Source: a virus
Taxonomy: Duplodnaviria; Caudoviricetes
Length of the DNA stretch: 64,000 bases
Virus record (IMG/VR): IMGVR_UViG_2841481002_000004
Coordinates: 61 to 64,060 of that record
Direction: 5' to 3' (one strand)
A model generated the notes under the pieces. The model was not told where the DNA came from and made no database searches. It saw only the letters and a program-made list of their open reading frames with translations. Made by a program: the position numbers and the translations under genes. How positions within the stretch are numbered: the first letter of the stretch is position 1; every line of letters starts with the position of its first letter. Positions 8,901 to 18,701 of this stretch are shown here, in pieces.

Positions 8901-11900
8901 ACCGATTCACGCGAGCGCGTGACGAAGTTGCGCGCCGGGATGATGTAGTTCGCGACGATGTCTTGATTGGTGAGAGCGAGCCCCTTGAATCCCGGAACAT
9001 TCTCGCGCAGCCAAGTGCGCACGGCCGCGATTGCTCGCTTCACAAAGCCCAGGTCCGGTTGCTGCTCCGCCATCTCCGCCAGGATCTCCTCGGCAGCGGT
9101 GAGACGATCGTTCTCGATCCTCATGTCCAGCCCGTACGCACGGGCCTTGGCCGCCACGTCGGCGCGGCGGGCCAGCACTATTTGGCGCAGTATCGGCGTC
9201 AGGCGCTCGCCGAAGTTGCGGCGCAAGCCGTAATGCCCAAGGGACTCGTGGAAAAGCACCTCGGCGATGTCCTTCGGGTTCGCGAGCGCATCCGATACCA
9301 GGAACACCTGCCCGTTGTAATAAAACCCCTTCGTCTGGCCCTTGGCACTGCGCGACAGCCGCGCCTCCTCTTCGCGCACGGCGTCCGGCAACTGGCGGTC
9401 CTGCATGTTTCGCACAACCACGACATCCGGACCGCGCTCCCACCTCGAGGTCAATGCATTCACAAGCGCCGTGGTGGCGGACAGGCGCTCGTCGCTTTCC
9501 CAGCTGTTCGCTTCAGCGTTGCGATCGTTTTGCCCACCCGGAGCGGAACCGGTCCTGCTGAAGGCGGCAGCTTCGGCCCCAGGGCCCGCTGCTGGTGTTG
9601 CCTCTGTACCGAGTGGCTTGTCGATCACCACCATTCGCGCAGATACCCCGGTGTTGACCGGCAGGCTCGAATCCATGAAGGCGCCATCCGGCAGCTTCTC
9701 GTTCGTGGCGCCCAAGGTGTCCAGCCACTCGCGGAAGGCCGCGGCGCGCTTGTTCGACTGGAAAAACGCACCTTCGCTCATGATTGCGACCAGCCGACCG
9801 CCCGGCTTGAGCATGCCGAACGCGTGGCGCACGTGCTGAATGTCCCGGCCGTCCGAGAACGGCGGATTCATCACGATGCGGTCGTACTGCTTGCCATCCA
9901 GCTCCAGAAAGTCCGATCCAACTAGGTTGTAGCCCTTGGCTTCCAGCAACTCACGACGCTTGCCGGAAAGCTCTACCACGTCCGGCTCTATCCCCGTTTG
10001 CTCGCGGATGTAGTCGGCGATGTGACCCATGCCTGCGGATGGCTCCAGCACATCCATTCCAGGCTGAATGTCGGCCGCGTCCACCGCGTTTTCCGTCACC
10101 ACAGAAGGCGTGGGGAAGAAGTCCAGGCCGTCGCTCTGGCGGCCCACCATCGACCGTTCAAGTTCCTTGATGCGGTCAGGTGCAGCGGAGGTTTCGCGCA
10201 GCTCTACCAACTCGCGCAGCGCACTGCGGTACTCGGCCGGCGTCTGGATCCCCATGCGCTGCAGGCGCTGCCGCTTCTCCAGCGTGCTTTCCAGCTGCCA
10301 CGGGATGGTGATGGCATTGCTACCACGGCGCTTCCCCAGCTTCACTAGGTCCTGCACGAAATCCATGGACAGGTTGATGCGCTTGTCGCCGTCGCCCTGC
10401 CACAGCCCACGCTGCATTGCCTCGCCGGGGGAGAGCACCACGCGGTTCTGCCCGCGCTTCACGGCCAGCACCACCGCCTTGCCAACCAAGCCAGACCGCT
10501 TTATGGCGCGCTCGGCGTCCGCCTTGTTGGCGAAGTCGGCCAGCTCGCCTGCGCGGCCGAACTGGCTCACCTGCCGGAGGTTGGCCTTTGCCCAGTCCGT
10601 ATAGGCGTCCGTGACGTCGTCGGCAACCTTCTGCAGGGCAGCGCCCAGCTTCTTTCCGCCCTCGATCTCCAGCAGCTGGCGCGCCAGCCCCGCCAGATCG
10701 CTGCGGAACATGCCAAACCGCGGGAACTCGGCGAAATCCACTGTTTGGGCGTTCGCTGGCTCGTGCTTGTGCTGCTCGGCCGCGGCCCAGCTTCCATGCT
10801 CTGCCAGCAACTGCTTTGCCTTTGCTGCGCCGATGGCCTGCTGTAGCTGGCTGAGCTGGGTCTTGGTCCGCACGCCATCCAGGAATAGCGCTCTGCCGGC
10901 CTCGATGGCGTCGGCCAGGTTGCGCATCGTGCCGGCATAGGCCTTGCTGTTCCGCGCAGCCTCTTCGGCGGCGCCGGCCATCCGGGCGCGGCGTGCGGTG
11001 TTGGTTTTGCGCTCTCTCGACAGCTGCTCGTCTGCGCCGGCATCGATCGCATCGGCCATGGCGCGCAGCCGCTCCACCGTGGTCTGGCTGCGGTCATCCT
11101 GGAAGGCATCGCGGCGGGCCTGCACCACGTCCTGGGCTGCGGAGGTGTCGCCGGATACCAGCTTCTGAAACGCTTCAGCGGATTCGCGGCTGCGGAACTG
11201 GAAGCCCGGGATGGCCCCGCTCCCTCGGAAACTGCTGTAGTTGCCGCCGAGGCGGCGGGCGCTGTTGTTCAGGGTCTCGTAGTCCTCGCGGCTGACCCGG
11301 TCCGCCAACTGGATCACGAACAGGTCGTGCCCGTGCTTGGTGTGCTTCGTGCCGATGATCTCGCCGGCCGTGGTCTCGCCCGCGCTCCGTACGCCAGCAT
11401 TCCTGGCGTCAGCCTTGGCCTTCTCCCGCGCTTCGCGCGTGCTCTCGGCCTCCAGTGCGTCGAAGGCCTGCCGCTGCTCTGGCGTGAGCCGCAGGAATGC
11501 GGCGTCGGATGTCTCACCCTGCTCCAGCCAGTGGCGCATGAAGGCTCGGAAGTCCTGCAGCGTCTTGGGGTTCTCCAGAGCGCTCGCCACCGCACGGCGC
11601 TTCGCCGCGTACTCGTCGCGTGCGGCTTTCACCTCCGCCGCCCGCGCGGCCAAATCCTCCTGCGTGGTGTTATGCACCAACTCGCGCAGTGCCGCTTCCC
11701 GTGCCCTGTGGTGCGCCTGCAGGCCGCCGCTGCTCATCACGTAGCTGGTCGGCCCGTACTGGCGGCCGAGCGCGTAGCTGTCGAGCATCGTTCGATAGCC
11801 CGCCCGGATGATGTCGTCCTTCTTCTCGTTCCTGTACCGCGCAGCGAACATCGCACCGCCGGAAAGGAGCAAGTCTTCCTTGGTGAGCTTCTTCAACTCG

Positions 11901-14900
11901 GCCAGCACCGCCGCTTCGTCGTGCACCAGCGCGTCGAACGTCTGCTTGTACTGGTCCAGGTCCAGCGTGCCAGCGTTGATGCCGCGCTCCACCGCGTTGT
12001 GGCGCTCCAGCATGGTTTGGGCGGGAGCTGCCGGCTCTGCGACTGCAGGTGCTGCAGGTGCTGCGGTGGCTGGGTTCGCGGCCGCCTCGATCTTCATCCG
12101 GGCAGCCGGTCCCGTCGCGTAGTTCACCTTGGAGGGTTCGGTCCCGTGGGTGCGATCAGCCGCGCCAGCCTTGTCCGCCCACGCGCCGCCCTCGTCCTTC
12201 TGCACCTCGCGCACGGTGACGCTCCAACGCCCATCGGCGTCCGTCGGTTGGTAGCTGACAACTCGATCGAACCCGCCGCCGTACCCGCGGACCACATTGC
12301 CAGGCGTGAAGTAGGCGGCCCGGCGCTCCTCGGCCTCACGCGCTTCGCGAACGGCCTTGCTCTCGCGCTTGGCTTTCGCCTCTTTCATCTTTTCGGGCAC
12401 CGTTCTAGGCTTCTCGGCTCCAGGTTCGGCAGGAACAGCAGAGGGCGCGGCGGCCGGCGCCCCCAGCGGCTTGAGCACGCTGGGCACTACTGCCGGCTGG
12501 TCGCCGAACAGGTACGACAACATGCTCTCGCGGTCTGCGGTCGTGAGCTGACCTGACTTGAGCGGCTTGGTGGCGCGGAAGGTGGGCGCGTTGAAGGTAT
12601 CGCCGCGGCTTTCGGCCTCGGCCGTGGCGTTCTCGATCAGCCACTGCGAGTCGTGGCGCTCGCCCTTTCGCGCTGGGTAGGCGGTGGTCGTCCGGCCCGA
12701 ACTGGTGGCGAAGGTGTCGCCCGGGAGGATTGGCTGACCATCGACTGCCCGGCCCTCCTCGGACATCGCGCGCGGCGCTGCCGCCGCGGCCGCTTTTTCG
12801 GCCTTCGCGCGCTTCATGCGTTGCGGCACCGTCTCTGCGGCCGGTGCCGTCTCCTTGACAGCCGGAGCTGCGACAGCTTGCTTCTTCGCGGCCTTCCGCG
12901 CCACCATGGCGTCGATCTCGCCATTGGTGGGACCGTCATCCTGCAGGCGCTGTGTGATGGCACGGGTCACACCCTCGGGAAGGTCGGCTGCCTCAAGGCG
13001 CTGCATCAACGTCGGTCGGTCGATGTCCCCGTTCATGTAGGCAACCACCTCAGCCTTAGCTTGGGTGGTAGCGGGAGCCTCGCCAGGGCGGGCTCGCGGC
13101 GGCTGGATGCGGTCATCGCCCGTGAGCCTCGGGCGCTGGATCACATTGCCAGCGCTGTCGCGGGCGGGTTCGACAGCTGATGCGGGGGGTTGACGTGGCG
13201 GCTCTGCAGCGCGCCTTTTGGTCTTTGCCGGATCACGCACCCAGTCCTTGAACTCCTCCTGCGTCATTTGGGTAATCCCGCCCAGTCCCGTCCAGCCCTT
13301 CTCGTAATTTCCCAGGTAGGTGTTGCGGGCCTCTGCCTCGTCGGCCGCGCCCATCACCACCTTGTGTTCATCGAAAGTACCGTCGCGGTTCATCTGGTCC
13401 AAGACGAACACGGGCAGGCTGGCGTCCTGGGCGCGGTCGGTCATGAACACGTCCACGTGGTCCTTGTCCGCGCCCTTGGTGCCCTTGATGTAACCGTAGT
13501 GGTTCTGCAGCGGTGGCCATTCCGGGCGCCGCCGGCTGCCCGCTGGGTTCTCGATGCTGATGTCGTGACCATTGAGGCGGACATGGCCTTTCTGGTAGTT
13601 TCCGGCTTCCTTCTGGGCGGGTGTTGGCTCCGGCAAGCTGTTTACCGGCGACGTCGCGGCCGACTGTGCGGCGGTGGCCACAGGAGCGTCCCCGTCGGAG
13701 GCGAGCGGCTGCATCGCTGCTGCCAGCTTCCGCTTCACATCAACGTTCAGGTTCTCCCATGCGGCTCCTGGCAGGTTCTTGCGCAGGACCGGCTTCACAT
13801 CGGTGAGTTGCGCGATGGCCTGCCGCTCCACCTTGGTCATGCGCGTCCACTGCTCCCCCGCGGGGTCGGTGGCAGGGGCGGGCGCAACAACCGCTCGCGC
13901 TCCTGGTGCCGGGCCTTTCTGGCCTCGCGCTGGCGCTGCTTGCGCTCCAGCGTTCGAAGGCGTGGGGGTGCCATCGGTCAGGCCGACGGCGGCGGCACGG
14001 GCTGCTGGCGCTGCTCCTGCTTCCGCTGGTTGCGCAGTTGCTTGCTGGGCTTGAGTGGCTTCAGCGCCATTGACGACTCCTTCATTGGTGGATTGCTTCT
14101 GGGTTGGGGACAGGACATCCGTCAGCGCGAGACGGTGTTTCTCGTTCAGCGAATCCCATTCCCGCGTGTGCGCATTGCGTCGGGCGATGGCGTTCAGGCC
14201 CTTGGCCTGGGCGGCGGCTGCTTGGCGATCGGCAGCGGTCATACCTCCCCACTGGTCCGCCGCAGCGGCTTGGCGCTGCCGGCGAGCCTCGGCACTGTCC
14301 CGCGCGATCTGCTGCGCGGCCAATTCGACCGACGTCATGGCGGGAGTGCCACCCGCCGTGGCCGCCGAAGCGGTCGCATCGACAGCACTCTGCGTGGCTT
14401 GGGTTTGACGTTCACCCCGGCGCCGGCCCAGCTCCTCCGCCAACTGAATGCGAACGGGTCGGGATTGGGCGCTGCGGAAGGCAGCGGACAGCTGCTCATC
14501 GGACCACGCGGCCATGCCCTGCGGCGCAATCTCTCCGGTGGCTTGGTCGATCTCTGGGCCGTCGATGGCTCCGGTGCGATCGGCCTTCGGTTCCTGCTGG
14601 AGAGCTTCAGGTGCTGCCGACTCCAACACGCCCTGCCCCGCACCCTTTCCGTCGGCGGTTTCCTGCGCTCGGACCGCTTGCTGCATCTGAGCGGACGCGC
14701 CGCTGTCCACGGCCAGGGCAGCAGCTGCGGACATGGCGCCCGCTGCCGGGTCCAGGCCCATAGCCTCGGATGGGCGCACCGACTCCCGTACGGGCGTCAC
14801 ATCGGTGATGTCTCCTCTGTTGATGCGCTGCAGGCGGTCATTGCGGTCGGCTGCGGTTTCGGCCTCACCATCGCTGCCCACGGTGATCGTCGGCGCTGGC

Positions 14901-15883
14901 AATGCCAGCGGTTGCACCTGGGCCGGTTCTGCTGGCGTTTCATTGACGGCGGACGGCTGCTCCTCGGCTACCTTGGCGCGGTTACCCATCGCGCCAACGG
15001 CACCGCCACCTGCACCCATGGCGGCGCCGGTTATCAGGCCCTGGGCTGCTGCCGCGCCGAGGCCTTCGTCCACCGGCCTGTCGAGCGCGATGTTCTGGAG
15101 CGCCTGCTCCGACACGGATTGTGGAAGCTCCTCCAGCACCCCTTCTGCCAGAGCGCCCTCGATGGCTTGCCGCGGCGCGGATCTGGCCGAGGCGGTGCCG
15201 GCGGACCTCGCGCCCCCCTGCGCGAGCATCGTGTCCACGTCCCCGATGCCCAGCCGCTGGGCCACCCTGCCGCCCGCAGCCCCGAGGCCAGCAGTCGCCA
15301 TGCCGGACGCCGCGGCCAACCCTGCCTGCGCAGGGGTCAGAAGGCCGTCGGCCGTCTGCTCCCGGATTTGCTCAGCAGCCGACCCCGCTCCCACCACCCC
15401 TTCGCCAAGCGCTCCGGCGATCACCGGCCCGATGGCCGGAGCCGCCTTGAGCAACCCGCGCGCCACCCCAGCCCCGCCCAGCATCTGCGGAAGGGATTCC
15501 CCAACCCCCGTTGCGATCGTGGAGGGGTTCTCCAGCATCGCCTTGGCCGTGCCAACGAAGCCGTCCGCCTCCCGCACCCTGCGGTTCGCCTCCTGCTGGG
15601 CCGGCGAGTACATGTCGTCCAGGGCCTGCTGCGCATCCTTGAACCGCACGCCGGCACCTTCCAGCACCTTCCCGACTCGCCCTCCGGTTGGAATGTCGAG
15701 TAGGCCGACTGCGGATTGCGGCAATCCCACTGCGCCTTTGAGGGCAGTTACGCCAACATCCTGAGCAGTGCCGGCGATGGTGCGGGCCGGTGGCGCGGAA
15801 AGCTCGCCAGTCTCCCAATCGGGAGAATCGCCCGCCGGAGGTGCGGACAGCGAACCCTTTTCCCAGTCGATGTCTTGAGCCAT
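5981..15883 (-). CDS. Giant polyvalent DNA-ejection protein (3300 aa; PLxRFG, N6-MTase, inorganic pyrophosphatase-like and zincin domains)
   Basis: GYAPLSRFG; DFFPTP..EPSAGMG..IVMNPPF; ISIENPAGS..HYGYIKGTKGADKDHVDVF; LFHESLGHYG. Confidence 0.85.
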   Translation of the reverse strand: MAQDIDWEKGSLSAPPAGDSPDWETGELSAPPARTIAGTAQDVGVTALKGAVGLPQSAVGLLDIPTGGRVGKVLEGAGVRFKDAQQALDDMYSPAQQEANRRVREADGFVGTAKAMLENPSTIATGVGESLPQMLGGAGVARGLLKAAPAIGPVIAGALGEGVVGAGSAAEQIREQTADGLLTPAQAGLAAASGMATAGLGAAGGRVAQRLGIGDVDTMLAQGGARSAGTASARSAPRQAIEGALAEGVLEELPQSVSEQALQNIALDRPVDEGLGAAAAQGLITGAAMGAGGGAVGAMGNRAKVAEEQPSAVNETPAEPAQVQPLALPAPTITVGSDGEAETAADRNDRLQRINRGDITDVTPVRESVRPSEAMGLDPAAGAMSAAAALAVDSGASAQMQQAVRAQETADGKGAGQGVLESAAPEALQQEPKADRTGAIDGPEIDQATGEIAPQGMAAWSDEQLSAAFRSAQSRPVRIQLAEELGRRRGERQTQATQSAVDATASAATAGGTPAMTSVELAAQQIARDSAEARRQRQAAAADQWGGMTAADRQAAAAQAKGLNAIARRNAHTREWDSLNEKHRLALTDVLSPTQKQSTNEGVVNGAEATQAQQATAQPAEAGAAPAARAAAVGLTDGTPTPSNAGAQAAPARGQKGPAPGARAVVAPAPATDPAGEQWTRMTKVERQAIAQLTDVKPVLRKNLPGAAWENLNVDVKRKLAAAMQPLASDGDAPVATAAQSAATSPVNSLPEPTPAQKEAGNYQKGHVRLNGHDISIENPAGSRRRPEWPPLQNHYGYIKGTKGADKDHVDVFMTDRAQDASLPVFVLDQMNRDGTFDEHKVVMGAADEAEARNTYLGNYEKGWTGLGGITQMTQEEFKDWVRDPAKTKRRAAEPPRQPPASAVEPARDSAGNVIQRPRLTGDDRIQPPRARPGEAPATTQAKAEVVAYMNGDIDRPTLMQRLEAADLPEGVTRAITQRLQDDGPTNGEIDAMVARKAAKKQAVAAPAVKETAPAAETVPQRMKRAKAEKAAAAAAPRAMSEEGRAVDGQPILPGDTFATSSGRTTTAYPARKGERHDSQWLIENATAEAESRGDTFNAPTFRATKPLKSGQLTTADRESMLSYLFGDQPAVVPSVLKPLGAPAAAPSAVPAEPGAEKPRTVPEKMKEAKAKRESKAVREAREAEERRAAYFTPGNVVRGYGGGFDRVVSYQPTDADGRWSVTVREVQKDEGGAWADKAGAADRTHGTEPSKVNYATGPAARMKIEAAANPATAAPAAPAVAEPAAPAQTMLERHNAVERGINAGTLDLDQYKQTFDALVHDEAAVLAELKKLTKEDLLLSGGAMFAARYRNEKKDDIIRAGYRTMLDSYALGRQYGPTSYVMSSGGLQAHHRAREAALRELVHNTTQEDLAARAAEVKAARDEYAAKRRAVASALENPKTLQDFRAFMRHWLEQGETSDAAFLRLTPEQRQAFDALEAESTREAREKAKADARNAGVRSAGETTAGEIIGTKHTKHGHDLFVIQLADRVSREDYETLNNSARRLGGNYSSFRGSGAIPGFQFRSRESAEAFQKLVSGDTSAAQDVVQARRDAFQDDRSQTTVERLRAMADAIDAGADEQLSRERKTNTARRARMAGAAEEAARNSKAYAGTMRNLADAIEAGRALFLDGVRTKTQLSQLQQAIGAAKAKQLLAEHGSWAAAEQHKHEPANAQTVDFAEFPRFGMFRSDLAGLARQLLEIEGGKKLGAALQKVADDVTDAYTDWAKANLRQVSQFGRAGELADFANKADAERAIKRSGLVGKAVVLAVKRGQNRVVLSPGEAMQRGLWQGDGDKRINLSMDFVQDLVKLGKRRGSNAITIPWQLESTLEKRQRLQRMGIQTPAEYRSALRELVELRETSAAPDRIKELERSMVGRQSDGLDFFPTPSVVTENAVDAADIQPGMDVLEPSAGMGHIADYIREQTGIEPDVVELSGKRRELLEAKGYNLVGSDFLELDGKQYDRIVMNPPFSDGRDIQHVRHAFGMLKPGGRLVAIMSEGAFFQSNKRAAAFREWLDTLGATNEKLPDGAFMDSSLPVNTGVSARMVVIDKPLGTEATPAAGPGAEAAAFSRTGSAPGGQNDRNAEANSWESDERLSATTALVNALTSRWERGPDVVVVRNMQDRQLPDAVREEEARLSRSAKGQTKGFYYNGQVFLVSDALANPKDIAEVLFHESLGHYGLRRNFGERLTPILRQIVLARRADVAAKARAYGLDMRIENDRLTAAEEILAEMAEQQPDLGFVKRAIAAVRTWLRENVPGFKGLALTNQDIVANYIIPARNFVTRSRESVGAAVERSMPVFSRGGGTASQMSDYVKQAREELNKSFNVPGKLSWWHKTVGTMYNLAQRSPAFKGVFDAAQGFIDDVSHYAADAADMAPKLLPKLEEWSDIRKRPVSASDNKAVAKPVFEGTLTWARDAQGRPVQLAALEEEALSMTVDQKAQRLLKHGEIDPGMLRAWQGMPLSSYESAINSRYSSRILSAGVVWSDAELKDMFGLNDEQVALYREFRSAVDRSLDTMGRADMLRFGGNDLKPVKAMVMDAPDIATATQVISDHLRSMAREQPDRADQILDTLRGVVDRADKVEELQRKGYAPLSRFGQYTVDVVQNGERQYFGLFETAREAAQMAEQMEAEFGRDAVTRGTLSNEEFKLFAGITPESLELFGNMLGLESEGDKAQDLAFQEYLKRTKTNRSAMKRLIHRKGIAGYSEDVGRVLASFIYSNSRQTAAGLHMGDLGKALTDIPKEQGELKDAAVRLAEYVKNPQEEAQAIRGLLFAQYLGGSIASAFVNMTQPIAVTFPWLSQYGGARKAAAALGKAARDMGTRNFKYEPGLAEALKAAEDDGTVSPQEVHQLMAQARGAGSLRAGDGTRAGDARAKASNAFEVLKLAWGKVFGAAEQVNRRVSFIAAYRTAVERGDPDPSAFARRAVIETQFQYSKANKMEWGRGAVGGTLMTFKTYSIAYVELLHRMWTMGGPEGKRAALVALGMLALMGGAGGLPFVEDVEDAATGLGQLMGYNFNAKQAKQELLQAVFGKALGDFVEKGITGLPGMPIDVSGRLGMGNLIPGTGLLQEKTNHTRDVLEIAGPAGDFVGRLMSGGRKILGGEVGSGLLEMSPVAVRNAAKGVDMAATGMYRDAKGYKVLDTNALEAAMKAIGFQPSSVATVQEANAANQQAKNFYNMKAQEIRAKWAAGIFEGNDSLVQEARRDIETWNAKNPAQRMVITVPSVLARVKEMRKSKDQRIADSAPKAMRAAMREEIAQRNL

Positions 15884-15927
15884 CCCGGAAATATCCGGGC
15901 ACACACATCGATCTCAAAAAACTAGAG
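15883..15927 (-). promoter_or_regulatory. Degenerate late-promoter motif (giant ejection gene; leaderless)
   Basis: CTCTAG-TTTTTT...GGATAT-7 nt-ATG(15883); spacing 1 nt shorter than the other sites. Confidence 0.45.
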
Positions 15928-15930
15928 TGC

Positions 15931-16488
15931 TTAGTGACACTCCAGCATCCCGCCGCCCATGTTCATGCAGTTTCGCGGACCAGTCGGTTGAACGCTCGGG
16001 GGCGTGTGGATTTCCACCTTCGTGGGTTCTTGCATCAGTGGTGTATTTGAGCCGCATGCAGCGTTCACGTTCGTGATGGCGGCATTCGTGCGCATACGCC
16101 TCTCGCTTTGAGAGAGCGTGCGGATGCTGGACACGAAGTCCAGTTCCTTCCTGGCATCCTGGCACGCGCGGGTCTGGGACTGGGGGGCAGTTGCTGGCGA
16201 TGCCGCCTGGACCGGCTGATTCAAAGCCCTGCGCTGCTGCGACAGCTCATCCTCTTTTGCCTCGGATCGAGCGCGATACTTGCGTTCGTTTGCCTCTGCC
16301 GCCTCCAGGCGCTCCCGCAGGATCTCTTCCTTGGTCCGCTGGCGCTGAACAAGCTCACCGGACTGACCGGCCTCGCACGGACGATCCGAAAATACCAGCT
16401 TTCCCGTCGAATCCCTGCATTTATGCACCTGCGCAGTTGCGCCCGTGGCAGCAAGAAGAAGAGCACAAAGGATAAGACCGTGACGCAT
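15931..16488 (-). CDS. DUF4124-like secreted protein (moron)
   Basis: Signal peptide then QVHKCRDSTGKLVFSDRPC; own extended -10 TGcTATAGT (16514-16506) and AAGGAGG RBS. Confidence 0.75.
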   Translation of the reverse strand: MRHGLILCALLLAATGATAQVHKCRDSTGKLVFSDRPCEAGQSGELVQRQRTKEEILRERLEAAEANERKYRARSEAKEDELSQQRRALNQPVQAASPATAPQSQTRACQDARKELDFVSSIRTLSQSERRMRTNAAITNVNAACGSNTPLMQEPTKVEIHTPPSVQPTGPRNCMNMGGGMLECH

Positions 16489-16523
16489 ACTTCCCTCCTT
16501 GCGCCACTATAGCAAACGACTTT

Positions 16524-18624
16524 TCAGGGGTTTGCGACCCATTTCTTGCCGTCCCAGACCGCTGTCTTTCCGTTGAGCGTGGAGACCGTGCCGACTGGGC
16601 GTGTCGTTGGGTTCTGCAGCGGCTGGGATTTTGCAGATGCCGCTTGGCTTGAGTCCATCTTCCTCATCTCACCGGTCCGCTCATTGACTGCGCCGAGAAC
16701 GCTATCGGTCTTGACGCCGTTGGCGTCAACGCCACCCTGCAATACGACACCCTTCCAGTGGTCTTCCTGCCCCTTGCCAAGGAATGCGCGCAACGACTGC
16801 TGCGCTTGCAAGCGTGCGTCAAGCGTCGCTCGTGGATCTGCGATGACCGCTCGCAGTTGCTCCTGCTGCTCTGCTGCTCGATCGGCAATTCCCCTGGTCC
16901 GCTCCTCCATGCCGACGCGACGCCCTTCCAGCCCCACGCGGGTGGCATCGATCTGGTTCCGAGCGGAGGCGCGAGTGGTCTCTCCAGTTTCGCGCATCCC
17001 GGCGCGTACTGTCTCGGCTGTTTGTTGCAGTCCTTCGCGGCTCATGGCCCCGATCTGGCGAATTCGTTCCTGCTGCTGGTCACCTTGACTGCGTGCGTTG
17101 GCGAGGTCCGTCGCATCCATGGCCCTGAGCCCAGCCACGCCGAGGGCAGAAGTGGGCCGGCTGATGGAACTGGCTTGCACCTCGGCATCCCTGCGCTGCT
17201 GCTCGGGGTCCTGGCCCACATGTTGCCGTTGCCAACCTGCTGTCCGATGACGCCAGAGAAACCCGGCTGCTGTACAGGGGGGGCAAATCAATCCGTCCTA
17301 CCCGGAAGCCGCGCGCCAAGTTCTCCGCGGCGGCGTCATTGCGGGTGCTTGGTTGCCCGGTGAACCCATCGCTGAACCCCATGCCGCCAGCCTGGTCGCT
17401 GTACTGTCCGCGGCTGTGCTGATAGACGCCCTGCTGGAGAAACCCCACGCCGCGCGCCGCAGGACCTTCCGTCGGTGTGGCTGCCTGCTGGGTTACATCG
17501 CGGCGACTGGCCTCCAGGCTGTCACCGCCGAACCCGCGACCAACCGGCGCCGCGGCGGCGGCAGGTGCGGCATTTCCTGCGGTCGTCCGCGCCGGGGTGG
17601 GGGCTGACGCATCCGACGAATTCGCCGCCTGCGCATTTCCGGTGAGTCCGCTGAGGAACGCGCCCACGCCGCGAGCCACGGGGGCCACGGTGTTGTATGC
17701 GAATTCACCGATGGCGGTGGGAATCGCCGTCACCGCCCCGCGAGTAACCGCGCCGGCAGCACCAGCCACTCCTGCCACACCGCCGCGATCCCAGGCAGCC
17801 TGGGCATCTTGTGCCGCACCATCCATCACGGCCTTCGTCCGCCAGCCTTCCACCTCCGTGGCTGGCGTCGCGGCGGTCGCTGGCGCTGGTGCAGGCGAGC
17901 CCCCCAAGCTACGAACGTTCCTGGCCTGGAGATGCGGAAAGAAGCCGGTCGCCGCCTGTCCCGCCATGGTGTCCGGCGCTGCTGCGGGCGCGCTGGTAGG
18001 CGCGGCCTGGGCAACTGTCGGCGCAGGTGCCGGCGATGCGGCTGGAACCGCTGGAGGAGGCGGCGGGGTGCGTCCGGGCTGCTGGCCGATGGAGTCGGGC
18101 ACCTGGACCGTTCGCCCGCTGCTTCCCAAGATGTCGCCGAGGTTGCCGTAGATGTTGACCCCAGCGCTGGGGCTGCCCTGGGGGTAGATGTTCGACGGCG
18201 AGATGGGATTTTTCTCGTCATCCACCAGGCCTCCGTTCGCAAAGAACAGTTCCGGCTTAGCGCCGATTCCGCGCACACCACGCGCGACCCCACGTTCCGG
18301 CACGCGGGTATGCGTGGCCTGACGCAACTCATCCAGCACCTGCACTCCAACGGCGTGCACCTGCTCGGGCGGCATGCTGTACTCGCCATTGCTCAGGTTG
18401 ACGGGGACCGATTTCCCGAGCCCCCGGACGCCGAGTCCGCGTTTCGCGCCCATGGCTGCGATGGCGTCCTCGCCAACGGCTTGGGTGGTGTCCGCTGGCA
18501 TCACGTAGGAACCCTCGGGGACACGGGTTTCGACATCGTCGGACGTTCCCGTGCCGGGCCCCCGAACCGGTCCGCCGTTGGCGTAATTGCCAACTCGAAG
18601 CGGCTTGGGTGGAAAACCTCGCAT
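16524..18624 (-). pseudogene. Ejection/internal virion protein interrupted by two -1 shifts (or sequencing errors)
   Basis: N-terminus YANGGPVRGPGTGTSDD...; adding one base at each of G7 (17277-17283) and G4 (17205-17208) gives one 700-aa ORF. Confidence 0.65.
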
Positions 18625-18642
18625 GTTCTCGCTCCTTTCAAA

Positions 18643-18688
18643 TTCCGCCGATGCTGACTGGATGTCGTTGGCTGCGCAAACACTACAG
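18643..18688 (-). promoter_or_regulatory. Late-promoter motif 3 (ejection gene with SD)
   Basis: CTGTAG(18688-18683)-TGTT...CAGCAT-7 nt-A(18643), then AAAGGAG RBS and ATG 18624. Confidence 0.65.
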
Positions 18689-18701
18689 CCCACGCCACCG
18701 A

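Noticed and set aside
7481-9925. 814-aa plus-strand ORF (also 11327-12556 and 13190-15703)
   Set aside because: Antisense shadows of the giant ejection gene; no motifs, expected in high-GC DNA
17277-17283. G7 tract as a programmed frameshift or phase-variation switch
   Set aside because: A single slip does not restore the protein; a second lesion at 17205 is also needed
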